Part shown: positions 12,501 through 21,461 of the stretch, one piece after another | Layout: every line of letters starts with the position of its first letter | Position numbering within the stretch: the stretch's first letter is position 1 | Origin: an uncultured archaeon | GTDB lineage: Archaea > Thermoplasmatota > Penumbrarchaeia > JASLWR01 | Assembly (NCBI GenBank): GCA_964342815.1 | Contig: CAYFHS010000001.1 | Span: forward strand, 179,849-243,848 | DNA: 64,000 bases | Direction of reading: 5' to 3' | Notes under the pieces: model-generated | Seen by the model: the letters and a program-made list of their open reading frames with translations, nothing else | Databases searched by the model: none | What the model was told of the DNA's origin: nothing | Made by a program: the position numbers and the translations under genes

Positions 12501-12617
12501 AATTCTGGATTCCTGGTGATGTTTCTCGTTTCTTAGCCACTCAGTATTATTGACGAGGCCAATGAATATTCCGTTGAGTAAGATAAACACAAATATAATG
12601 CTTAAAACTTTTTTCAT
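6510..12617 (-). CDS. Giant surface glycoprotein/adhesin: NosD/pectin-lyase-like right-handed beta-helix, six Ig-like repeats, two PKD domains, juxtamembrane domain, TM helix, acidic repeat tail
   Basis: Signal/anchor MKKVLSIIFVFILL preceded by GGAGG RBS (start 12617). Many GIYL.SS.NN.I..NT..SN beta-helix turns. PKD motifs FNGSQSSD...WTWTF and FDGSGSTD...FSWIF. TM IIIIVIVILLVIVMIGVFFY followed by RKRK. Confidence 0.9.
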   Translation of the reverse strand: MKKVLSIIFVFILLNGIFIGLVNNTEWLRNEKHHQESRIIKDCDHKGIISGKRGNIIVDASGGQDHVTIQDAINASNPGDTIYVFAGNYSENVIINRTVTIIGNGSANTTIDGDGNGDVVRITSAWVNITGFNVTNSGSSGNDAGIDVQNDYYRIYNNICYKNKYGIYCNSVINGSIDNNTVGTNFFGIYLHSSENNTLINNTLNLNNYAVYIDSSNYNTMTNNTFNSNNSDGILLFDSMGNSFSYNHMFENGIFLSGSSPLHWNTHSINTSNTVNGNPVYYWVNVSGGNIPPGGGQIILVNCTDVKIEGQNVSDGSVGVLLGFSENNTVANITSSANSNYGVYLYYSNNNTLSNISCNSNYYGIYSHFSNNSNISDSICNYNYRGFYVTTSNDNILINNTANSNNDTGFRFSSSINDTFINNTANLNTNGIYLESNGYNFLLNNTASSNSDYGIYFHSSNCYNNIAGNNASNNTNGIYLSSSCNNNDIGYNDLTSNTNGIYIFSSTNNNIDNNTASSNSFGIYLSSSGGNNVTNNTANSNTFDGIYVSSSSSNILMNNLLSSNDNGIYLSTSNNNIIFNNTVNSNSFGIYLTSSSNSNNLTNNTASSNSNTGIRLASSDQNIIIGNTANSNTNYGFQLTSSNSNDLMNNTGNSNNLGIYFSSSDNNNISNSTCNNNTDGIFFSSSLSNNITNNTCDNNTRGMYLLSSDNNTIDLNVFSNNTDVGIKIANAASDNNTIHHNWFSDNNGGGVQAFDDGKDNLWDDNISEGNYWSDYSSRYPSASDNGTVWNISYQIDGNEGSVDRYPLVDPAGGHDDITPSIDADNSPNEGITGENFDFNISASDNSEVDTVYVNWSHGNFKDNISLTETNNFWLGTISLDNDTGQLNYTIYVNDTSNNYNISDVQTVNVTDNEAPDFTDNSPNNGYTGKKFELNISASDNIEVHKVFVNWGHGSLSGNISLSLTDAYWLATIILDDNVSDLSYIIYINDTSNNYNISAIQNVNVTDNELPYFTDNSSDNGFTGNNFIFNISAYDNLEVDTVHVNWSHGSLSGNNSLSLSGAFWLATITLDNNLSDLSYVIHINDTSNNYNSSAVQTVSVSDNDAPVIGTDNSANTGTTGDNFEFNVSASDNIELDTIYVNWTHGILSGNKSLALAGGFWIGTIKLDDDLGELSYIIYFNDTSNNYNYSVAQSVSVSDNDAPALVSENSANTGTTGDDFVFNVSASDNIDVDSIYVNWRHDTLTGNVSLIRIGNYWTSSIMLDQSLNDLNYTIYVNDASDNYAISSLRSVDITDNDRPTYIDNTQTTGTTGDIFQFNVSAVDNIDVFSVFADWGHGELMDNISLNKIGNYWWANITVDHDLSNLTYRIIVCDSSDNYIMSSIKSINIGDNDKPTVIATSNKTIPQHTTIIFNGSQSSDNIGILNWTWTFLDKSNITLYGVTVNFTFHTAGSFEITLTVSDGANNLASGVIYVNVTDSDVPVANAGLDVTADQNTEILFDGSGSTDNIGIINFSWIFLYDGSEVILNGSTPRYTFSIPGNYIINLTVIDLMGNTGTDTFVVTVIAVEDSDTTPIGEITVEEGDVRFLNYTDDQTGTSIEISVSGNGTLVAARVNDPPVYVDGEPAGYIHIGFYVMLDFTGDLKWTNITISYADVKTNETVNYASATIFYFDGGEWKKADNTGIDEENRIVWANVSHFTIFSAFALPSEEVGDDDDGGDGVGGEKAEEAWYKSGTGIIIIVIVILLVIVMIGVFFYARKRKEQEEEDEEGIMDDEIAEEDSIDMDDETGEEDEEEIIDDEIAKKDSIDSDDETGEEDEEEIIDDEIAEKDSIDLDDETGEEDGKEIMDDEIEEEDSIDMVDETGEEDEEGIMDDEIAEVDSIDMEEEEEEEDEKEIMDDKLVEVDSIDMEEEEDEEFLDEETESEDRIIDDEEAGGESNGMEEEIADKDIEGDDEIVDEVWAEDEENQMQEEIVDEVWAEDEENQMQEEIVDEVWAEDEENQMQEEIVDEVWAEDKENEIDEEMAEDERVEEEEFDVI
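6582..6765 (-). repeat. 51-bp in-frame tandem repeat, ~3.7 copies (EEIVDEVWAEDEENQMQ)
   Basis: TCCTCGGCCCACACTTC recurs at 6583, 6634, 6685 and 6736 (period 51). Confidence 0.95.
6885..7334 (-). repeat. 75-bp in-frame tandem repeat, 6 copies (EEDEEGIMDDEIAEEDSIDMDDETG)
   Basis: TCAATACTATCT recurs at 6904, 6979, 7054, 7129, 7204 and 7279 (period 75). Confidence 0.95.
8461..10175 (-). repeat. Six tandem ~95-aa Ig-like domain repeats (285-288 bp period)
   Basis: DNxxP...DNS...G.TG..F.FN(I/V)SA.DN..V..V.VNW.HG repeats six times; AGCGCTGAT occurs at 9522, 9807 and 10092. Confidence 0.9.
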
Positions 12618-12633
12618 AACATTCCTCCATACC

Positions 12634-12651
12634 ACTTAACAATTGTTAAGT
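12634..12651. promoter_or_regulatory. Perfect 18-bp palindrome (operator candidate) between the TATA box and RBS of the giant adhesin gene
   Basis: ACTTAACAATTGTTAAGT is its own reverse complement. Minus-strand TTTATA lies at 12671-12676 and the RBS at ~12623-12628. Confidence 0.6.
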
Positions 12652-12905
12652 CAACGAAAATCTCTTTTTCTATAAATCTTTTCTTAGGCTAATAATTATA
12701 ATATCGACAATACATTTCTTAGGTAAAAAAATAGTTTTTATCACGGTACGGACAAACAATACCAGGTGAAAAATGAAACAAGCTTATATTCTAAAAGTGA
12801 GAGCGGAGTGGACAGGAACTACCACGAATTATGGAGCCTAGTGCCCTATAACCCGGGAAATCCTAAACGAATCCAAATATCGTATAGACTTATGAATGGT
12901 TTTTT

Positions 12906-14282
12906 TTATATCGCTTTCGGCGTCGGAGGGATCAATCCCCTATCCATCAGAGCCCTGGTTTTGTTCCGCGATTGTTCGATTATTTCCCGTGCCCTATCAC
13001 GTATCTCCTGCGTGGACAGCTTCCGCCTCGCTATACCCTGCTCGATGGCTTTACGTCCCACATATTCAGCCTCCTTGATGAAAACCTCCCAGTCATCCAT
13101 TGTGGGAACGATGTAATCCTCGTGTATTCCCTTTTCCACGGCGGTCTCCGCGATGGCGTCCGCAGCGGCAATGGCCATCTCATCGGTGATGGTGGTTGCA
13201 CGTACATCCAGTGTACCCCGGAAGATTCCCGGGAAACCTATTGAATTGTTTATCTGGTTGGGGAAGTCGCTCCTACCAGTACCCACAATTCTTGCTCCTG
13301 CTTCCTTTGCTTCCCAGGGCCAGATCTCCGGAACCGGGTTAGCAACCGGGAATACGATGGCATCATCGTTCATGTCCCGAACCCAATCTTTCTTGATAAT
13401 TCCCGGCCCCGGTCTGGATGCAGCCACGAGAACATCGGCCCCTTTCATTGCCTCTTTGATCCCACCGGTCAAACCGTCCGGATTCGTTGTGGAAGCGAAA
13501 TCGTATTTCCAGGGATTTATTTCCTTCATTCGAGCAAGGTCCTCTCTTCCGTGATGAAGTATTCCCTTGCTGTCCACCAGGGTAATATTTCTTCTAGGAA
13601 CACCATATTTCGTGAGAACCCTGAGATAGGCGATGTTGGCGGCTCCCACGCCATTTACGGCAAATTTTGCTTCATCTATCTTTTTTCCAACGACCTTGAG
13701 TGCGTTAATGGTACCGGCAAGGGTTATGCTTGCAGTACCCTGCTGGTCATCGTGCCACACGGGAATGTCCATTTCTTTTCGTAACCTTTCAAGTATGTAG
13801 AAGCAATCAGGCACTTTTATATCTTCGAGGTTGATACCGCCGAACGTGGGTTCCACAAGTTTTACGGTTTCAATGAACTTATCGGGGTCCTCCGTATCTA
13901 TCATCAGAGGCTGAGCATCCACTCCCCCGAGATATTTAAAAAGAAGCCCCTTCCCCTCCATTACCGGAAGACCTGCATAGGGACCGATGTTTCCAAGGCC
14001 AAGTACTCTTGTGCCGTTGCTGGCCACCGCCACCGTATTCCACCGGTTGGTCAATTCGTTTACCTCGGAGATATCTTCCTTGATGGCGAGGCATGGCTGG
14101 GCAACGCCAGGAGTATAATAAACCGCGAAATCACTGAACGAACTTATGGAACACTTGGAAATGATTTCTATTTTACCTTGAAAATGTCTATGCCAGGGTA
14201 TTCCCTTGCGGACCGGTTCTTTCGCTTTTTCCAGTAATTTTGAAGCATCGATAGGTGAATTCTTTTCACTTTCTTCTGCCAT
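12906..14282 (-). CDS. mae: NAD(P)-dependent malic enzyme (no PTA fusion)
   Basis: YYTPGVA, VASNGTRVLGLGNIG, PVMEGKGLLFK, GGINLEDI, WHDDQQGTA, ANPVPEI and GRSDFPNQINN motifs. Confidence 0.95.
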   Translation of the reverse strand: MAEESEKNSPIDASKLLEKAKEPVRKGIPWHRHFQGKIEIISKCSISSFSDFAVYYTPGVAQPCLAIKEDISEVNELTNRWNTVAVASNGTRVLGLGNIGPYAGLPVMEGKGLLFKYLGGVDAQPLMIDTEDPDKFIETVKLVEPTFGGINLEDIKVPDCFYILERLRKEMDIPVWHDDQQGTASITLAGTINALKVVGKKIDEAKFAVNGVGAANIAYLRVLTKYGVPRRNITLVDSKGILHHGREDLARMKEINPWKYDFASTTNPDGLTGGIKEAMKGADVLVAASRPGPGIIKKDWVRDMNDDAIVFPVANPVPEIWPWEAKEAGARIVGTGRSDFPNQINNSIGFPGIFRGTLDVRATTITDEMAIAAADAIAETAVEKGIHEDYIVPTMDDWEVFIKEAEYVGRKAIEQGIARRKLSTQEIRDRAREIIEQSRNKTRALMDRGLIPPTPKAI

Positions 14283-14574
14283 ATTGCTACCATCCTAGCG
14301 TGATTTAAGTGCTTATCTCTTTCGGATATATAAAAACCACTTTTGTATTTATTTATTACATGATTCAATTGATGTAAAGTTAGGTATACTGAAGGATGGA
14401 TAGGGAAAAAATCACGCTTCAATCACTTTCTTGTCTAAAACGATATATGATGCTAAAATATCTATAGACGGTTACTTTTCACCTATCTTTAGTCCAGGTA
14501 TAATTGTCTTAGCTTTGTTTCCCCCTTTTTCATGCACCAGCGTTACATCATCGTACTTTCGGAGGTAATGATCC

Positions 14575-15129
14575 ATGAAAGACCTTGTTGTTTACTTTTC
14601 CAGAACCGGAAACAATCGATTTCTCGCAGAACGTATAGCCCGCGACCTTAACGCCGATATAGAACCCATCCGGCCACGGTTGAATGTATTCTTTTTCCTG
14701 CTCATATCCTCCCTAACGCATGTGACCTTCGGTATACGCAAACTTAAAAAGGATGTTGCCTCGTACGAATGCGTTATTCTTGTTGGCCCAATCTGGATGG
14801 GGAGCCTCATAACGCCCTTTCGGTCCTTTCTTAAGAAATACAAAATGGCTCTCAAATCGGTCTATTTCGTCACCTGCTGCGGCAGCGACGAGAAAGAAAA
14901 GGACGGCAAGTTTGGTTATAATAGAGTTTTTAAAAAAGCTGAAAAATACGCAGGTAGACCATGTGAATTGTGCGAGGCTTTCTCCATCAAGCTGGTGGTG
15001 CCAGAAGATAAGCGGGATGATGATAAGGCCATTATGGAGGCTCGTTTGACAAATGAATCATTCAAAGGACCTTTTAAGCAAAAATACGACCAGTTCCTCT
15101 CAAAATTATTCAGAATCTCAAAAGGATGA
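14575..15129 (+). CDS. Flavodoxin-like protein
   Basis: VVYFSRTGNN phosphate loop, VILVGPIW and YFVTCCG motifs; GGAGG RBS upstream. Confidence 0.8.
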   Translation: MKDLVVYFSRTGNNRFLAERIARDLNADIEPIRPRLNVFFFLLISSLTHVTFGIRKLKKDVASYECVILVGPIWMGSLITPFRSFLKKYKMALKSVYFVTCCGSDEKEKDGKFGYNRVFKKAEKYAGRPCELCEAFSIKLVVPEDKRDDDKAIMEARLTNESFKGPFKQKYDQFLSKLFRISKG

Positions 15130-15196
15130 GGTTTAAATCAAATTTCGGGGAAATGAACAGTTGATTTTTTCTTTTTCGATATCTTTAATTACAATA

Positions 15197-16204
15197 TCAT
15201 AACTCGGCCCCTTCCCACCAGTTTTTTGGCTCAAAGGGCGTGTTGATAGTCTGACCTATTTGAGGTGCCATGAATGGAAGGTTATTATTATTCGCTGCTT
15301 TGGAAAATCTCTGTATGGGTTCCAGCCAGGCATGGTAGGCCAGGTTGAATTTGCCCCAATGGATAGGCATGGCCATTTTGCTTTTGAGATCAAGACAAGC
15401 TTGAACGGATTCTTCAGGCAGAAGATGGATCAACTTCCAATCCCTTGAATAAGCTCCGCATTCAATGAGCGAAAGGTCGAAAGGTCCGTACCGATCACCG
15501 ATTTTCATAAACTCAGGGGAGTAACCCCCATCACCGCTGAAGAACACGGAATGATCTTTCCCTTTAATTACCCAAGATCCCCAAAGACTGGTATTGGAAC
15601 TTAAAGCTCCTCGACCGGAGAAATGACGGCTGGGAGTAAAAGTGTAATTAAAATCATCACGCTCCATTTCCTGATACCACTCAAACTCAGTTATCCGATC
15701 CGCTTCAATTCCATATTTTTCTAGCCATTTTCCGACATTTTTTGGTGCGAAAAAAGCATTCGCTTTTTTCAAGAGAAGAGATATAGTTATCTTGTCAAGA
15801 TGGTCGTAATGGTTGTGAGATAACAGAACAATATCTATCTCGGGCATATCATTTGCCAGGAAGGTCCTGCTATAGTCGAAGGGTTTGGAACCCGGCAACC
15901 TTGATGGACCCACGGATTTTCCGGATAGAACCGGATCCGTAATAATGATTCTGCCTTCAATATTGATAAGCACTGTGGAATGACCGAACCAGGCAATACC
16001 GAGACCTTTTTTCGAATTGGTGAATTTCTTAGCGTTAAAATCACCTGTTTTTATCGGATACGAAGGCCTCCTTTCCTTTCTGGACCCGAAAATGAATTTC
16101 CCCATCATCTTTGTCATGGGTGTCTTGTTGGGATTCATTGGGGTTTTCAAAAGATTCTTGAACTTCTTTTCATTACCATGCTTGCACAATTTCTTTATGG
16201 TCAT
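15197..16204 (-). CDS. Metallo-beta-lactamase-fold hydrolase (NAPE-PLD/RomA-like)
   Basis: WFGHSTVL, TDPV, SHNHYDHLD, RHFSGR, FSGDGGY and PIHWG motifs. Confidence 0.9.
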   Translation of the reverse strand: MTIKKLCKHGNEKKFKNLLKTPMNPNKTPMTKMMGKFIFGSRKERRPSYPIKTGDFNAKKFTNSKKGLGIAWFGHSTVLINIEGRIIITDPVLSGKSVGPSRLPGSKPFDYSRTFLANDMPEIDIVLLSHNHYDHLDKITISLLLKKANAFFAPKNVGKWLEKYGIEADRITEFEWYQEMERDDFNYTFTPSRHFSGRGALSSNTSLWGSWVIKGKDHSVFFSGDGGYSPEFMKIGDRYGPFDLSLIECGAYSRDWKLIHLLPEESVQACLDLKSKMAMPIHWGKFNLAYHAWLEPIQRFSKAANNNNLPFMAPQIGQTINTPFEPKNWWEGAEL

Positions 16205-16256
16205 TCATTCACCCGTCTTATCGAATCTTGATGGGCATTATGCAAACCTGGACAAA

Positions 16257-17129
16257 TTAATGCTCATCCAAATCCTCTTTACTCAACAACCCAGGTATCT
16301 CACCGGGAGTCATGGCAACCATAACTCCGGCAGCCTGCAACGCCTCTATCTTTGACTGTGCAGTTCCTTTCCCTCCTGATATGATGGCTCCGGCATGCCC
16401 CATGGTCTTACCCCTTGGAGCTGCCCGGCCTGCGATGTAGGCCACCACAGGTTTCGTAATATTGCTCTTTATGTACTCCGCCGCTTCTTCCTCGGCGCTG
16501 CCTCCGATCTCTCCGATCAGCACAATTCCCGCTGTATCCGTGTCACTTTCGAAACGCGCCAGCAGCTCGATGAAATTCAACCCCACTATTGGGTCGCCGC
16601 CCAGCCCTATTGCAGTGGACTGACCCATGCCCGCCTTACTTAGATCGTCCACTATCTCGTATGTAAGAGTGCCGCTCCGTGATATGAGACCGATGTTTCC
16701 GGGACTGAATACGTGGGCTGGCATTACTCCCATCTTGCATTTCCCCGGACTGATGATGCCGGGAGTGTTCGGGCCTACGACGACTATTTCTTTTTTACTG
16801 GCCCGGTGGACGATCTCCAGAGAATCATGTATCGGAATGTGCTCAGTAATAACCACAACCGGATCCAGTCCGAATTCGATTGCTTCCAGAGCAGCGTCTT
16901 TCGCAAAGGCTGCTGGAACGAAGATAATGGATGCCGTGGGTTTTTCGGGAATCTCATCGAATGAATCATAGACCATTATATCTCCCACCTTTTCACCACC
17001 CTTTCCCGGCGTCACTCCTGCCACGACATTTGTTCCGTAATCGATCAATCTTTCAGTATGGAACCTCCCTTGGCCTCCTGTAATTCCCTGGACAACCACT
17101 TTGGTCGCTTCGTCGATTATTATTGACAT
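16257..17129 (-). CDS. sucD: Succinyl-CoA synthetase alpha subunit
   Basis: VVVQGITG, GVTPGKGG, GPNTPG, SRSGTLTYE, IGEIGG and MGHAGA (phospho-His) motifs. Confidence 0.97.
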   Translation of the reverse strand: MSIIIDEATKVVVQGITGGQGRFHTERLIDYGTNVVAGVTPGKGGEKVGDIMVYDSFDEIPEKPTASIIFVPAAFAKDAALEAIEFGLDPVVVITEHIPIHDSLEIVHRASKKEIVVVGPNTPGIISPGKCKMGVMPAHVFSPGNIGLISRSGTLTYEIVDDLSKAGMGQSTAIGLGGDPIVGLNFIELLARFESDTDTAGIVLIGEIGGSAEEEAAEYIKSNITKPVVAYIAGRAAPRGKTMGHAGAIISGGKGTAQSKIEALQAAGVMVAMTPGEIPGLLSKEDLDEH

Positions 17130-18371
17130 TTAAGCCCCCTCCCTGAATTCAGCGGAATCGGTCCCCTTTGAGGCTGCGATTCCGCGAACATTGTCACAAG
17201 TGCAAACTTCGACATTTTTTCGAGCTTCGCACTTATGACAATATGCTCTTGCCTGTTCCACAGCATTTTTCGCGGAGTCCTCCATGTTCTCGTAAACATG
17301 ATAACCGTTATCAGTTAAAATTTTCTTACCTTCTTCCTCGTTCGTACCCATCATTCGCACCGAGATAGGTATACTTGGCGCGATATCAACGATGCCCTTT
17401 GCGATCTCGTCGCATTTCGTTATACCGCCGAAGATGTTGATAAAGATGGATCTTACCCCCGGTTTTTTCAGAACAATACTCAGAGCTTTACTCATATTTC
17501 TAGCATTGGCACCGCCGCCCACATCCAGAAAATTGGCCGGTTCGCCATTATACTGTTGAAGTATATCCAATGAGGCCATGACGAGACCTGCGCCACAGCC
17601 GATTATAGCGATATTTCCCGGTAGATCCACATATGCCAACCCCGCTTCCCGCGCCTCTTTTTCGAGAGCGGTAAACTCTTCGGTTGTTTCCCCTTCAGTC
17701 TTGAATTCCAGATGACGGAAAACTGCATTGTTATCGATATTCAGAACTGCATCAACGGCCACGACATTTCCATTATTCGTGAGAATCAGGGGATTTATTT
17801 CGGCCAATTCCCCGTCGTACGCTTTGAATACTTCGTAAAGCTTTATAGTAATTACCGCAACCTTCAACATAGCTCTTGCGGAAAGACCAATCTGCTTTGC
17901 CATTTTACGGGCGTGATATTGTTGAAATCCGACATCAGGATCGATATCGAACCTTGCGATGGCCTTGGGATTCTCTCGGGCGACCTCTTCAATATCCACA
18001 CCTCCCCTGGAGGACAATATGCAGGTGAAACTTCTTGACTTGCGGTTTACAGTAAATCCCACGTACAGCTCTCTCGCATGGATCAGGTCTGCCTTTTCTT
18101 CGATCAAAAGTTGTCGGACAGTGTATCCTTTTAGTTCCATTCCAAGCAATTCGGGGATTATCTTCATGGCCTCACTTTTCGTGCTAGCGAATTTTATCCC
18201 GCCGGCTTTGCCCCGTCCGCCAACCAGGACCTGGGCTTTCAGGGCTACCGGAAATTTAAGCTCCTTCAGTAAGGCCTCTGCATCACCTTCATTATCGATA
18301 ACGATACCCTTGGGTATCGGTATCCCATATTGTGAAAATATCTCCTTTGCCCTGTATTCATGTAATTTCAT
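17130..18371 (-). CDS. sucC: Succinyl-CoA synthetase beta subunit with a Cys-rich C-terminal extension
   Basis: [50 protein letters not shown] and [10 protein letters not shown] motifs; stop abuts the sucD start. Confidence 0.96.
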   Translation of the reverse strand: MKLHEYRAKEIFSQYGIPIPKGIVIDNEGDAEALLKELKFPVALKAQVLVGGRGKAGGIKFASTKSEAMKIIPELLGMELKGYTVRQLLIEEKADLIHARELYVGFTVNRKSRSFTCILSSRGGVDIEEVARENPKAIARFDIDPDVGFQQYHARKMAKQIGLSARAMLKVAVITIKLYEVFKAYDGELAEINPLILTNNGNVVAVDAVLNIDNNAVFRHLEFKTEGETTEEFTALEKEAREAGLAYVDLPGNIAIIGCGAGLVMASLDILQQYNGEPANFLDVGGGANARNMSKALSIVLKKPGVRSIFINIFGGITKCDEIAKGIVDIAPSIPISVRMMGTNEEEGKKILTDNGYHVYENMEDSAKNAVEQARAYCHKCEARKNVEVCTCDNVRGIAASKGTDSAEFREGA

Positions 18372-18556
18372 ATGCTGTCGCCCCGTTATGTTATATTAAT
18401 ATTATCTTTTGGTGGAGGGAAGGAGGAAATATAAAAGGGTTTTGCGGTGGATTGACAAACACGGAACCGATTTCGTGAGAATTTACGTTGTAGGCGTTAC
18501 GAGCCAGGATGAGTTGTCGGTTACGGCGGAATAACAAATACTTTATGTAATCGAAA

Positions 18557-18870
18557 CTCGATGAGCAAATCGACAATTATACTGAAGAGTTAAACATTGT
18601 AAACTTCATCGAAGAAAGATGGGGACGGCTTCAAAAAGAAAAGGATGAATATATTGCCTTGGGTGAGATATAGATGGGAGTTTTTATACTCCCTCCTTTT
18701 CAAAAATATATCTATGAAAATGGCGGAAGAAACGAATCTTTGAATATCTGAATAAATATGTCTCAGATCACACAATTCAAGGGCAGTGGTGGATATTTGG
18801 AGATCTAAGGAAAACGGACGCTTTCTCGAAATACCTAAGTTGTGAACAATATAGGAACTGCGTTAGATAG
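18557..18870 (+). pseudogene. Decayed RelB/RelE-type toxin-antitoxin module
   Basis: The frame from 18557 gives ...IEERWGRLQKEKDEYIALGEI* (stop 18671), then ATG 18674 MGVFILPPFQK. These match the intact pair at 57720-58168 (LDERWNRILEEDEFISLDEL* / MYTVLVSHTFQK). The remainder is broken by stops and frameshifts. Confidence 0.6.
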
Positions 18871-19031
18871 ACGTATCCGGCGATAAAAATTCTGCGGACC
18901 CCCCTCTGTCTGAGATCCATCAAAACCCCATAGAATAATCTTAAGCCCAAGAATAAATACGAACGCAATAGAAAAAGTAGCAAAAGAATAAAATATTATT
19001 ATAAATCTGAGTAAGGGAAGAAGGTGCTATT

Positions 19032-20669
19032 ATGAGAAAGCTGATATTGCCATTACTTGTCATGATTGTTTTAATACCTAGTGCATTTGTCAATTCTACT
19101 CCCAACTATTGGGGCGTTTCATTCCCTGAAAGTGATTTTGATTTTGCCATAAACCAAAGCCTTGATCCTCAGTTCGACACAAAGTATGAAAAAATGGTCC
19201 ATCATGAAACAGGTTTATATGCAGTAGGGGAGCGAGGTATGGAAAGAAAATCCGTGGACGATCCCCATGCGCTTGGAATATATCGATTCGATTATGGTGG
19301 GGTTCTTGTCTGGGAAACCATCTGGGAACCTCCCTCTCAAGAATTCGATTATGAATGTTTCTATACCGCCCCTCACATTATGATATATGATGATATTATC
19401 TATATCTTATTGGAAACCCGTGATTTTGATGATTGGTATTATTATATTCTTTCTTTTGACCTAGAGGGTGCACCCTTATTGGAATCCAGATATCATAGAG
19501 ATATGGATACGGAATTCAATGACCTTATTGTAAATGAGTATGGCATTTACGTTATTGGTACCGTACTGTCAGATGAGGACCTATGTCGGGACATTAATAT
19601 TAGGCTTTTTGATTTCAATGGAAATATGAAAAATAATATAACATGGGAAAAAAGCGTTTCCCTCGATGAAGATATGATAATAAGTCAGGTGAAACATGAT
19701 ACCGATAATATTTTCGTATTGGGTTACTCCGTTCCGGATATGAAGGATAATAGTACCGGTCTTTTTGTAATCTCTTTGGAGATGTCTTTAAACGTAATAT
19801 GGGAATACTGGTATCATAATACATACGCGGACGATCCTGATATATTTTACAAATATGAAGACCAATTTCTTATACTGAATGAAGATAAAATCCTCATTGT
19901 TTCTTCAACGAATTACTGTGTAGGTGAGTGGTATAGTTTCACAAACCACCCCGGATTGAATTTTTTAATTGCATTGAATCTCGATGGTACATTGGCATAC
20001 AACGTAACATTGAAAAACAATGCCGACAAACTCTTATCATTTGAGGATGTTAAACTTTTTAATAATATAATCTATTGCATTGGAACTCAATATATTTTTC
20101 CTGATGAGAATTTTTTTATCATTGCCTACAATACGATGGGTGAAATCCAGTGGGAATCTTATTTCAACGATCAACATGATTTTGATGGCGATTATTTTAA
20201 CACAGTAATATCAGATAAGGGTATATTTTTATTTACTACTGATACAAAATACATGTACGAAGAATGGGTCGACAATGAAGTATATGCATATTATAACGGC
20301 AGTTTTGTCCTGCACAGCCTGCATCTTAATGGTACTATAATAAATAAGAATGGAATGTTAACACCCCTTACCTATCGGATCACTACCGCCTTCCAACATA
20401 ATGATACCATATATATTTCTGGATATATTCATGAAGCATACAGTACGGCAAATCCGATTTTCGGCACTGAAAGATATAGATATACGTCAGCATTCATACT
20501 AGGATTCGATTTATCTGAAGAGGATGAACTGGATGACGAGGGTGATAGTGCGCCTGAAAAGAGCAGCAGCGGGGAAATTTATCCCATTATTTTTATATTA
20601 ATAATTTTTGTTTTAATCCTTTTATTAATAATTTTCAATAAAATAAAAAAAACAAGGGGAAATACTTAA
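19032..20669 (+). CDS. Exported, C-terminally anchored protein with beta-propeller-like repeats (AT-rich)
   Basis: Signal peptide MRKLILPLLVMIVLIPSAF; repeated blades (YRFDYGGVLVWE, RLFDFNGNMK, IALNLDGTLAY, IAYNTMGEIQWE); C-terminal TM followed by KIKK. Confidence 0.75.
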   Translation: MRKLILPLLVMIVLIPSAFVNSTPNYWGVSFPESDFDFAINQSLDPQFDTKYEKMVHHETGLYAVGERGMERKSVDDPHALGIYRFDYGGVLVWETIWEPPSQEFDYECFYTAPHIMIYDDIIYILLETRDFDDWYYYILSFDLEGAPLLESRYHRDMDTEFNDLIVNEYGIYVIGTVLSDEDLCRDINIRLFDFNGNMKNNITWEKSVSLDEDMIISQVKHDTDNIFVLGYSVPDMKDNSTGLFVISLEMSLNVIWEYWYHNTYADDPDIFYKYEDQFLILNEDKILIVSSTNYCVGEWYSFTNHPGLNFLIALNLDGTLAYNVTLKNNADKLLSFEDVKLFNNIIYCIGTQYIFPDENFFIIAYNTMGEIQWESYFNDQHDFDGDYFNTVISDKGIFLFTTDTKYMYEEWVDNEVYAYYNGSFVLHSLHLNGTIINKNGMLTPLTYRITTAFQHNDTIYISGYIHEAYSTANPIFGTERYRYTSAFILGFDLSEEDELDDEGDSAPEKSSSGEIYPIIFILIIFVLILLLIIFNKIKKTRGNT

Positions 20670-20853
20670 GCCTCAACATGGCGTTAAAAAGATAGAACTA
20701 ATGATCAATATATTTGTGCATCGATATGGTTTACCCGACCTTTTGAGGCAGCGGCAGGGGTTAGACGGAACGATATAAAAAAAATTTCCAACCAATAATT
20801 ATCTGCAATAAAGCCTATCGCCTATCGAATATAACCGCTACTGAGGCAATAGA

Positions 20854-21285
20854 ATGAATCGTGATATCTCCCTGGAATTGAACCTGGCAGCCCCATGCGG
20901 ATTCTACTGCGGAACGTGCAGACACTATCTGGCAAGGACGAAGGGATTATTGGGAGAAAAAAAACTTAAACATGGATGCAGGGGCTGCAGAATACAAGAT
21001 AAAAATTGTGCCTGGGTGAAAAAAGATTGTGTATTATTGAGAAAAAAACAAATAGATTTCTGTTTTGAATGCAAGGATTTCCCCTGTGCCAATCTAAAAA
21101 AGCTCGATGAACGTCATATTCGCGATGATAATGTGAGCCTCATCGATAATTTACTGAGGATAAAAAAGTTCGGCCCAAAGCAATGGCTCGCAGAAGAAGA
21201 TGAAAAATGGAGATGCCGAAATTGCGGCGGGAGAATATGCGTCATAGATAAGGAATGTTATGATTGTCGGTGTAAGATCGATTGA
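20854..21285 (+). CDS. DUF3795-family Cys-rich protein
   Basis: AAPCGFYCGTC, CRGCR, FCFECKDFPC and CRNCGG...C..C pattern. Confidence 0.85.
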   Translation: MNRDISLELNLAAPCGFYCGTCRHYLARTKGLLGEKKLKHGCRGCRIQDKNCAWVKKDCVLLRKKQIDFCFECKDFPCANLKKLDERHIRDDNVSLIDNLLRIKKFGPKQWLAEEDEKWRCRNCGGRICVIDKECYDCRCKID

Positions 21286-21461
21286 AAGATGCTAGGTCCC
21301 GGCACTCCGGGTGAATCATTGTCTCGCCCAAATTAATTGCGTTTCGCTTCAAAAACTCTAGATATGGGCGTGGCGTAAGGAGAAATCATGGCGCTAAATA
21401 GATAATTACATAATCATATGTAAGGACCAGCAGTTATATCACCACCAAATGTGAGATTGAG

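Noticed and set aside
18803-18868. ATCTAA...GTTAGAT as another attC site
   Set aside because: The interior has no complementary arms and it overlaps the decayed relE frame.
21324-21370. CGCCCA...TGGGCG inverted repeat after DUF3795 as an attC site
   Set aside because: Only 6 bp pair and the AAC/GTT triplets are absent.
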